From NCBI GenBank assembly GCA_002269645.1, contig NIVC01003241.1, positions 1 through 51,515 of the forward strand: a stretch of DNA of 51,515 nucleotides. Reading direction: 5' to 3'. Origin of the DNA: Macrostomum lignano. Lineage: Eukaryota. The position numbers were made by a program, and so were the translations under genes. Below are positions 24,201-34,362 of the stretch, one piece after another. The notes under the pieces are model-generated. The model was not told the DNA's origin, did no database searches, and saw only the letters and a program-made list of their open reading frames with translations. Positions within the stretch are counted from its first letter, which is position 1, and every line of letters starts with the position of its first letter.

Positions 24201-27200
24201 CACCCTCTACCTTGATGAGAATCACCCTCTACCTTGATGAGAATCACCCTCTACCTGATACACATCTTAATAAGAGTCATCCTCTACCTTGATGAGAATC
24301 GCCCTCTACCTTGATGAGAATCACCCTCTACTAGAAGAGTCATCCTCTACCTTGATGAGAATCACCATCTTCCTTGATGAGAATCACCCTCTACCTTGAT
24401 GAGAATCACCATCTTCCTTGATGAGAATCACCCTCTACCTTGATGAGAATCACCCTCTACCTTGATGAGAATCACCCTCTACTAGAAGAGTCATCCTCTA
24501 CCTTGATGAGAATCACCATCTTCCTTGATGAGAATCACCCTCTACCTTGATGAGAATCGCCCTCTACCTTGATGAGAATCACCCTCTACTAGAAGAGTCA
24601 TCCTCTACCTTGATGAGAATCACCCTCTACCTTGATGAGAATCACCCTCTACCTGATACACATCTTAATAAGAGTCATCCTCTACCTTGATGAGAATCGC
24701 CCTCTACCTTGATGAGAATCACCCTCTACCTTGATGAGAATCGCCCTCTACCTGATACACATCTTAATAAGAGTCACCCTCTACCTTAATGAGAATCACC
24801 CCCACCTTAATGAAAATCGTCCCATAATGTGATTTTTTGTTTTTTAGCTCACCGGACCAAAGCTTCATACGAGTATGTCAACAAAATAATTTTGTCATCA
24901 ACTCTTCTGCTAATCAAATGTATTTTTTCCTAGAAGTGAACATTTATGGTCCGGAGTTTGCATGCATAGATTGTATTATCTATATAGACTTTTATATGTT
25001 GTGATCCTTCCAAAAAGACTATGGAATTTTCGCACTAATCAGTATTTTTTCATTTATAAAAGCAACTTGCTGACCTAAAGTTAGCAACTAAAAAGGGATC
25101 TAAAACAATTTCTGTAAAAACCTTGTCATAAACCTTACTATTGGAAGTTCCTTTTTACTAGTGACGTTATTAGTTCCTACCGTCGCGCATTAGCGTGGTT
25201 TTTTATAAACTGCAGCATTGTGTCTGCAATTCTGCAAACCGGAGGAACCACGCATCGAAGCAACTTTGACTCCTTATTAGAATAAGTGGAAAAAGGCGTC
25301 CGACCGTTTGTTGCAATTTCGGAAATTTCCGGTGTCGCGTCGCTGCAGGAGTCAAGGCAGATAGTGTTGCAGCGCGATGCGGTTTTGGGTAAACGGCAAG
25401 AGTAACTTTGACTATTTTATTAAGCCTAGATGCCTCGTCATCTAATTAGTACTTTGCCTGTATTCGATACGAAAGATAACATGTTCTGTGTCGCGTCGCG
25501 TTTTTGAGCTACAATTTTAGACTCCGTGTTGCGCGTCCACAGGTTTTCTACACATTCCAATAGGGCTTTAAGTTCGGCTTTGGTAAAATGGTCCAGTTCA
25601 GTTTGTAGGATGACAACGATCTCCTATCCTCTTTTGCTTCATTCTATAAGAAGAAGAAGTCAATAGGCGCAAGGTCCGGCGAATATGCCGGGTGTGGCAG
25701 CTGGACAAGCTGCGTCGCCCACAGAAGCTCCTTATAGAGTAAAGAAGCAGGGGCTGTGTGCACCCTGGCGCACTTTAAGCGACATTGTCACACAACCGGC
25801 GAGAGGCATTACTGCCCATTCTGCTGACTCCCCCCTGAGCAGGCACACAAGCGTGCGGATGCGTACGCAGTCATACGCACAGGCACACACTCACACAGGA
25901 GTGTACAGCGGCCCTAACTTTATTTATCGTTTAGGCATGTACACTTCACTGTGCCTTGGGAGTTGACCTTCGATGAGCGGTTATTGCACGAGCAGAGCCC
26001 AAAGCCGAGATTTCAATTTAGCCGCAAATTAATGTGACTGCACTTGGACTCGAGCTACAGCCTGGCTAACGTCTTTTTGGCTACGGCTCCTCTGCAGAAG
26101 CTCCCTGGTCGCTCCACAGTTGTTAAGAGTTGTTGTCCCTGTGGACGAAGATGCCTCTATCGAGGGTCGGCGGCCGCTTCTGCGCTATCGCTTGCAGGAC
26201 CAAGATGGCCGCCATCAGCGTCGGAATTTTAGCTGAGCATCGTCAAATGTTGACCTCAAGTTTCCTTACTAGTGAGAATGCTTTCAACCAACTTTGAGCA
26301 CGAGGCTGCTGAAATCTGGTCAGCGCTCAGTTGGGGGCCCATCACAAGCTCGAAAAATCACATTTTCAAAAAGCATCCACTATCACAAGCTCGAAAAGTC
26401 ATAAGCTCGAAAAATCATAACGTCGAAAACTGATTTAGCAACCATCATCACAAGCTCGAATAGGGTTAGGGTTAGTGCTTGTGCCTTAAGGTAGGGTTTA
26501 GCAAGGTTGGGGTTGGGGTTAGAGCTTGTGTCTTAGGGTTAGGGTTAGTGCCTTGGGGTTAGGGTTAGAGCCTGTGCCTTTTCAAGCTTGTGATGGTGGT
26601 TGCTAAACTTTTCGACGATGTGATTTTTCAAGATTATGACTTTTCGAGCTTGTGATGGTGGTTGCTAAATAAGTTTTCGACGATGTGATTTTTCGAGCTT
26701 ATGATGGCAACCCGCTGAGTTGGTAGGGCACCCAGCGAGCCGAGGCTCTCGTGCAGAATCTTAACGATGGTCCAATTTGATCGATGCCCAGAGGCTGCTC
26801 AGAGAGCCAACTTGATTGGCTCTCGTGAGGTTCGTCGTCCAGAGTGTGCCTTGACTCTGAAGGGCCTCCCTAAAGAGTCTGGTAGCACGCTGTAGTGGAA
26901 TTTCCCAGGCAAAATGGCTAATTATACTTCCGTCGCATGCTACTTTGTCAGTAGAACGTAAACGAAGAAAAATTATGAAGCATCTGTAATATGAAGCAAT
27001 ACGACAATATGTTCAAAAATGCTTTTCAACTAGAAAACACAATTTGCACACTACAATAGTTTTTTCTACTTAAATTCTTATACTCTACCTCATAAATTCT
27101 CGGTATAAATATGTGATTGGTAAAATGAATGCAGCTAATGAAAAATGTAAATTTTCAAATTTAAAACTTCAGATCAGATCAAAAGGATCACGAAGCTTTT

Positions 27201-30200
27201 CTAGTACAGTGTAAAGCCAAGAGTTCATGTTTCTGAATCTCTGTTGAAGTGACTTCTAACAAATACAGTACCGTTTTTAACACAAAATTTTGCAGATTAT
27301 AATGATGCTTAACAGTTTTTGATCTGATGCTTTAGTAAAAAACTGGGCCACAGCCTCCCAGATCCCTAGTGTCAGTTGGTGGGCCAGCCTCCCAGATCCT
27401 CAGTTGCTGGGTCAGCCTCCCAGATCCTCAGTTGCTGGGTCAGCCTCCCAGAGTGTCAGTTGCTGGGCCACCATGCACTTAATAAAAAAATATTTTAAAT
27501 CCAGAATCTTACGCTGAAAGTTCAAATTTCAAATTTTGCAATTTAAAATTTCAGATCAGATCAAAAGGATCACGAAGCTTTTCTAGTACAGTGTAAAGCC
27601 AAGAGTTAATGTTTCTGAATTTCTGAATCTCTGTTGAAGTGACTTCTAACAAATACAGTACCGTTTTTAACACAAAATTTTGCAGATTATAATGATGCTT
27701 AACAGTTTTTGATCTGATGCTTTAGTAAAAAACTGGGCCACAGCCTCCCAGATCCCTAGTGTCAGTTGGTGGGCCAGCCTCCCAGATCCTCAGTTACTGG
27801 GCCACCATGCACTTAATAAAAAAATATTTTAAATCCAGAATCTTACGCTGAAATTTCAAATTTCAAATTTTGCAATTTAAAATTTCAGATCAGATCAAAA
27901 GGATCACGAAGCTTTTCTAGTACAGTGTAAAGCCAAGAGTTAATGTTTCTGAATTTCTGAATCTCTGTTGAAGTGACTTCTAACAAATACAGTACCGTTT
28001 TTTTAACACAAAATTTTGCAGATTATAATGATGCTTAACAGTTTTTGATCTGATGCTTTAGTAAAAAAACTGGGCCACCAGCCTCCCAGATCCTCAGTTG
28101 CTGGGCCGGCCTCCCAGATCCTCAGTTGCTGGGCCACCAGCCTCCCAGATCATCAGTTGCTGGGCCAGCCTCCCAGAGTGTCAGTTGCTGGCCCACAGCC
28201 TCCCAGATCCTCAGTTGCTGGGCCAGCCTTCCAGATCCTCAGTTGCTGGGCCACCAGCCTCCCAGATCATCAGTTGCTGGGCCAGCCTCCCAGATCGTCA
28301 GTTGCTGGGCCAGCCTCCCAGATCCTCAGTTGGTGGGCCAGCCTCCCAGATCCTCAGTTGCTGGGCCACCAGCCTCCCAGATCATCAGTTGCTGGGCCGG
28401 CCTCCCAGATCCTCAGTTGCTGGGCCACCAGCCTCCCAGATCATCAGTTGCTGGGCCAGCCCCCCAGATCCTCAGTTGCTGGGCCAGCCTCCCAGATCCT
28501 CAGTTGCTGGGCCACCAGCCTCCCAGATCATCAGTTGCTGGGCCAGCCTCCCAGAGTGTCAGTTGCTGGCCCACAGCCTCCCAGATCCTCAGTTGCTGGG
28601 CCAGCCTTCCAGATCCTCAGTTGCTGGGCCACCAGCCTCCCAGATATTCAATTGCTGGGCCAGCCTTCCAGATTCTCAGTTGCTGGGCCAGCCTCCCAGA
28701 TCCTCAGTTGCTGGACCAGCCTCCCAGATCATCAGTTGCTGGGCCAGCCTCCCAGATCCTCAGTTGCTGGACCAGCCTCCCAGATCCTCAGTTGCTGGGC
28801 CGGCCTCCCAGATCCTCAGTTGCTGGGCCGGCCTCCCAGATCCTCAGTTGCTGGGCCACCAGTCTCCCAGATCATCAGTTGCTGGGCCAGCCTCCCAGAT
28901 CCTCAGTTGCTGGACCAGCCTCCCAGATCCTCAGTTGCTGGACCAGCCTCCCAGATCCTCAGTTGCTGGGCCGGCCTCCCAGATCCTCAGTTGCTGGGCC
29001 ACCAGTCTCCCAGATCATCAGTTGCTGGGCCAGCCTCCCAGATCCTCAGTTGCTGGGCCAGCCTCCCAGATCCTCAGTTGCTGGACCAGCCTCCCAGATC
29101 CTCAGTTGCTGGGCCGGCCTCCCAGATCCTCAGTTGCTGGGCCAGCCTCCCAGATCCTCAGTTGCTGGGCCAGCCTCCCAGATCCTCAGTAGCTGGGCCA
29201 GCCTCCCAGATCTTTCAGATCAGTCTACAAGCGCCCAGCCAGACGCCTCAGTAGCTTATTGAACTGCTTGGTACGGCAAAAGTACAAATCGCGTCTCTCC
29301 CCTTCCTAAATTCACAGATAAAAACCGAGCCAACGAAGCGCCCTACAGACCGCCGTTGGACCTCTCCTCGCCAGTTCGAGTCGGCCTGTTCCGCTGCTCG
29401 GCCGGCACTCGGCAGTGTTTCAATTACTGGAAGCCTCAGGCCAATGGCTGCTTGACTGTAACTAAATTCAATGATTCGAAACCAATGCTGTTTCAAGAGA
29501 AGTGAGTAGTTTCTGTGTTGGTTTTTGGCTTTAGCCATAAACTATCGTTTGTATAAGGATAAAAATGTTTCGAATATCTCATTTTGAAGCGACATGTTCT
29601 GCCGATCGAATAGAAAGTTTCTCATTAGGAAACTTGTCAATATTGCGCAACTGAGGATCTGGGAGGCTGGCCCAGCAATTGAATATCTGGGAGGCTGGTG
29701 GCCCAGCAACTGAGGATCTGGGAGGCTGGTGGCCCAGCAACTGAGGATCTGGGTGGCTGGCTGTGCAGTTCACGCATCTAGTTTATTGTACAACCTTGCT
29801 CATATTCCATGTGATGATATGGCCCTTCCAATGTTTTGGTGACTGTACTCGTAGTTTATTTAATCTAATATGTACTGATATATTTATTACGTTCAAATCC
29901 GTATTCGTGTCCAAGTTGGAGCTCATCTATCCTCTCATAAACAACTATTTTATTTACAGTCGGACTATCGCTACTTCTAGTAGCAGGTGTGAAATGTGCG
30001 CCATTTTAAAATTAAAATCAACTACTACAACTTACAATAAGCAGCAATTGGAGCCGGTGCTGATGGCTTCGGATTGTCTCACGGCGGTGCATAGTCTGTT
30101 GGCTTTTGAAGAGTCTCCACAGATTGGCCGGTCTGAGGCTTGTCCGGCTGATAATCAGTGCAATGATGGAGCCGATTACTCCAGCTTATATTCAGCCGCC

Positions 30201-30425
30201 TGCGGTTCTGGTAGTGAGGCTGGTCAATCCGATGCTTACGTGAATATTTTTATTGTTGTTGGTGGTGGTGTTGGTACGTTATTTTTCGTGTCGATCTTTA
30301 TTGTATTTAGACATTTTTATATCAATCGCACCTGTAGACGACGTCATAGTGTGCAACCGCCCCAGCAGTTAGCAGCAGATGAAAATCTACTGCAAGAACG
30401 TCAAAGTTTAGATCCAACTGCATGA
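21290..30425 (+). CDS. Type I membrane CUB/C-type-lectin-like receptor, paralog 3 (exons 21290-21585, unresolved small exon, 23770-24020, 29318-29501, 29960-30425; 5' exon unresolved)
   Basis: PLNCKWEFKI (CUB-like); NVLTVSY; CGRDWLAFNGRCFF..LAVF; PPLDLSSPVRVGLF (cf. paralog 2 [16 protein letters not shown]); CEMCAIL..SDC; TM IFIVVGGGVGTLFFVSIFIVF then RHF. Three intron positions and phases match paralog 2. Confidence 0.75.
21705..21995. repeat. ~31-bp minisatellite (cccattgagccaattggcatctcagcaact)
   Basis: Direct tandem copies containing the palindrome gccaattggc. Confidence 0.9.
24120..24815. repeat. 22-bp minisatellite (ccttgatgagaatcaccctcta) with higher-order variants
   Basis: Direct tandem copies. 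Confidence 0.95.
26333..26713. mobile_element. Foldback MITE with GGG..CCC ends, 8-bp TSD and central telomere-like (TTAGGG) tract
   Basis: TIRs gggggcccatcacaagctcgaaaaatcaca / tgtgatttttcgagcttatgatggcaaccc; TSD gctcagtt / gctgagtt (7/8); tagggttagggttag tracts at ~26461-26570. Confidence 0.75.
27140..28080. repeat. Triplicated ~330-380-bp block
   Basis: cagatcagatcaaaaggatcacgaagc at 27170, 27552 and 27886; each block ends in satellite seed units. Confidence 0.9.
28070..29212. repeat. 27/31-bp minisatellite (gggccagcctcccagatcctcagttgct), with a short inverted copy at 29646-29761
   Basis: About 40 tandem copies; open in three frames (spurious 364-378 aa ORFs). Confidence 0.97.
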
Positions 30426-31577
30426 CTCCTATATATCAGACAGTCAGTCGTACCGTGTTAAAACGATTAATAGAAGTCTGCTTATACTGGCAAAAACCTG
30501 CTTTTTTGCTGTGTCTGTTTAAATTTTATTTGTTTTGACTGCAGAACAGCGGTTTTCATTCGAGATTGTGTCACACAAGAGACTTATTATTTGCCCCTTC
30601 CTGCACCCTGTGTCTGACTGGCCTCGCCCGTGTGTACATTGCTACGAGTATATGATAAGGATATATGTTTAATTTTACCATTTATAATGGCGAAAAAACG
30701 CGAATTATGCTCACTTATGTTCACTAGTAGATAAGCGCACTTTTTTTAAATGTTAATTTTCGGCCACGAGTTTGACTCAAACAAAACCTCGAGCTCTAGC
30801 ATACATCCTAAGCCTAAGTCAAAGTCCTATTTGCAACCCCTGTCAGTCAGTCGAAATGTCAGAACATTCAGAATTTATCATTAGCCAGAACATTAGCCAG
30901 CTGATAAAAATCTCCATCCACCTTGTGTGCAAAGGAACTACTGGAAAAGACTCAAAATGACTAGCTGACTGACTCACTCATCCGCAGGTTTATGACTCCC
31001 ATCTCATCTCATTGTAAATACCTCTATGCTCTATTATGGCCTCCACTGCGCTTAGGCACCTGTGCAATATAAGTTATTTTTGCAATATATTAAACAAGTA
31101 AGTGTTGTAGGATACGTATTTATAATATAAGTATACTATATATACAATATATATCATGTAAACATGCTATATATACTGATCATGCTTTTTTGTATTAAAC
31201 TCCAATAGTTAATTTGCTAGTTAACTTCATTTTTTTCTTGTAAAAATGATACCAGGATAATAAATAATTTAGTTCATCAAGTGAGCACACTTAGTCCTTC
31301 AGTTTGTGCCTTGTTTATTAGACACCTCATAACCGTACAACTTTTCAGGCCCAACAAATCGCATAGTAACGATTCACGTACAGACAAAACTATTCACACA
31401 CAACAGCCACAGCAGTTCACACAACAACAACAATTCATTTGCAGCAATATCAACAGGCTTCTGCATAATTTAATGAGTTTTTTGTTACAATAATCAAATT
31501 TACTCCATTCCAGCTATTTTAGTCTCAAATCTACCACCGGCTACTCATGCCATTGCCATAAATTTTTTCATTTCTAA

Positions 31578-31877
31578 ATGTCATCACCGCCCGCTGAGTC
31601 TTCGACTTCTTCTTCTACTAAAAGCCCGCAACAAGACTCAGCCACTCTATTCGGACCCAAAGCGTGTACTCATCTTAAAGAGGAGCTGCGACTCTGCTTG
31701 TTGCTATCCGATTGCGTTAAACGGGATCGAAGGACGCCGTTGGACTGCCTGCGCGATCCCAAAGCCGACGTGCCGGCCGAGTGTCAGGCGGCTCGCTACA
31801 ATTTGTTCATCTGCCGGCGGGAGCAGCTCGATAATAGGAATCGATTTAGGGGGAAGAAGTTCTCCCAGGCCTACTGA
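31578..31877 (+). CDS. COA5: Cytochrome c oxidase assembly factor 5 (PET191 family), single exon, 99 aa
   Basis: ACTHLKEELRLCLLLSDCV..TPLDCL..ECQAARYNLFICRREQLDNRNRFRG matches the COA5/Pet191 twin-Cx9C pattern and the C-terminal LDNR.RFRG motif. Confidence 0.93.
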   Translation: MSSPPAESSTSSSTKSPQQDSATLFGPKACTHLKEELRLCLLLSDCVKRDRRTPLDCLRDPKADVPAECQAARYNLFICRREQLDNRNRFRGKKFSQAY

Positions 31878-31949
31878 TTCATTCTTTGATTGGTTGTTGC
31901 TTTTGTTGAGGTATGCAAGGGCCGGGGTTTTATCTGTGTTGAAGGGAAG

Positions 31950-34210
31950 CTGACACAAGGGGGAGAAGGGGAACTGACAGACACAATGGGAGGTTGACAG
32001 ACAGGGAACTGACACACAGGTGCAACTGACATCCAGGTGCAACTGACATCCAGAGGAACTGACACACAGGTGCAACTGACATCCAGAGGAACTGACACAC
32101 AGGTGCAACTGACAAACGGGGGAACTGACACACAGAGAAACTGGCCCACAGGTGGACTGACACCCAGGGGAACTGACACACAGGTGCAACTGACAAACGC
32201 GGGAACTGACACAGGGAAACTGACACACGACACAGGGGACTGACACATTGAACTGGCACCCAGAGGGACTACTGACACAAGGAACTGTACAGACAAGGAA
32301 GAGCTGGTAAACACAGTAGAGAACTGAAAGACACGGGTGAAACTGATAGACCCAACAAGAGGGGGTGAGGGTGAGGGGGTGTTGACAGACAGTGGGAACT
32401 GACAGACACAAGTGGGAACTGGCAGACATTAGTGGGAACTAACAGACATAGTGGGAACTGACAGACATTAGTGGGAACTGACAGACATTAGTGGGAACTA
32501 ACAGACACAAGTGGGAACTGAGAGACAAGTGGGAACTGACAGACACAAGTGGGAACTGACAGACATTAGTGGGAACTGACACATAAGTGGGAACTGACAG
32601 ACATTAGTGGGAACTGACAGACATTAGTGAAAACTAACAGACACAAGTGGGAACTGATAGACAAGTGGGAACTGACAGACACAAGTGGGAACTGACAGAC
32701 ATAAGTGGGAACTGACAGACACAAGTGGGAACTGACAGACACAAGTGTTAACTGACAGACACAAGTGGGAACTGGCAGACATTAGTGGGAACTAACAGAC
32801 ATAGTGGGAACTGACAGACATTAGTGGGAACTGACAGACATTAGTGGGTATGAACAGACACAAGTGGGAACTGACAGACACAAGTGGGACTGACAGACAT
32901 AAGTGGGAACTGACAGACACAAGTGGGAACTGACAGACACAAGTGGGAACTGACAGACATAAGTGGGAACTGACAGACACAAGTGGGAACTGACAGACAC
33001 AAGTGGGAACTGACAGACATTAGTGGAAACTGACAGACACAAGTGGGAACTGACAGACATTAGTGGGAACTGACAGACATTAGTGGGAACTAACAGACAC
33101 AAGTGGGAACTGAGAGACAAGTGGGAACTGACAGACACAAGTGGGAACTGACAGACATTAGTGGGAACTGACACATAAGTGGGAACTGACAGACATTAGT
33201 GGGAACTGACAGACATTAGTGAAAACTAACAGACACAAGTGGGAACTGATAGACAAGTGGGAACTGACAGACACAAGTGGGAACTGACAGACATAAGTGG
33301 GAACTGACAGACACAAGTGGGAACTGACAGACACAAGTGTTAACTGACAGACACAAGTGGGAACTGGCAGACATTAGTGGGAACTAACAGACATAGTGGG
33401 AACTGACAGACATTAGTGGGAACTGACAGACATTAGTGGGTATGAACAGACACAAGTGGGAACTGACAGACACAAGTGGGACTGACAGACATAAGTGGGA
33501 ACTGACAGACACAAGTGGGAACTGACAGACACAAGTGGGAACTGACAGACACAAGTGGGAACTGACAGACACAAGTGGGAACTGACAGACATAAGTGGGA
33601 ACTGACAGACATTAGTGGAAACTGACAGACACAAGTGGGAACTGACAGACATAAGTGGGAACTGACTGACATAAGTGGAAACTGACAGACACAAGTGGGA
33701 ACTGACAGACATTAGTGGGTATGAACAGACACAAGTGGGAACTGACAGACACAAGTGGGACTGACAGACATAAGTGGGAACTGACAGACACAAGTGGGAA
33801 CTGACAGACACAAGTGGGAACTGACAGACATAAGTGGGAACTGACTGACATAAGTGGGAACTGACAGACACAAGTGGGAACTGACAGACACAAGTGGGAA
33901 CTGACAGACATTAGTGGAAACTGACAGACACAAGTGGAAACTGACAGACATAAGTGGGAACTGACTGACATAAGTGGAAACTGACAGACACAAGTGGGAA
34001 CTGACAGACACAAGTGGGAACTGACAGACACAAGTGGGAACTGACAGACACAAGTGGGAACTGACAGACATAAGTGGGAACTGACTGACATAAGTGGAAA
34101 CTGACAGACACAAGTGGGAACTGACAGACACAAGTGGAAACTGACAGACACAAGTGGGAACTGACAGACACAAGTGGGAACTGACAGACATTAGTGAAAA
34201 CTGACAGACA
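31950..34210. repeat. Large 20-bp minisatellite (gtgggaactgacagacacaa) with a degenerate 33-bp upstream portion
   Basis: About 90 tandem copies between COA5 and ALG13. Confidence 0.97.
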
Positions 34211-34362
34211 CGGGGCTCAAAAAGTGAAATTGGCGGACACAAGGGTAACTGCCAGATTTCCATACAATGATATTCTTCACTCAACGCTTTCCAGACCAAG
34301 ACACCTGGACAACTTCAGACAGTGCAGCAAAGATAAAGACCAATAACAAAGAGCCAGTCGCT

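Noticed and set aside
24848-24872. 25-nt candidate exon with good splice signals (THRTKASYE) in paralog 3
   Set aside because: It ends in phase 2 and cannot precede exon 29318, which already joins 24020 in frame with homology to paralog 2; use as a mutually exclusive exon is unsupported.
25560-26230. GC-richer intronic stretch with short ORFs and an (AAG)n run, possibly a LINE remnant
   Set aside because: No recognisable RT or endonuclease motif; cannot be supported without a database search.
28098-29262. Three overlapping 364-378 aa ORFs
   Set aside because: Translations of a stop-free 27/31-bp satellite inside an intron of paralog 3.
34300-34311. 12-nt match gacacctggaca shared with the start of ALG13 exon 2
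   Set aside because: Too short to separate from chance.
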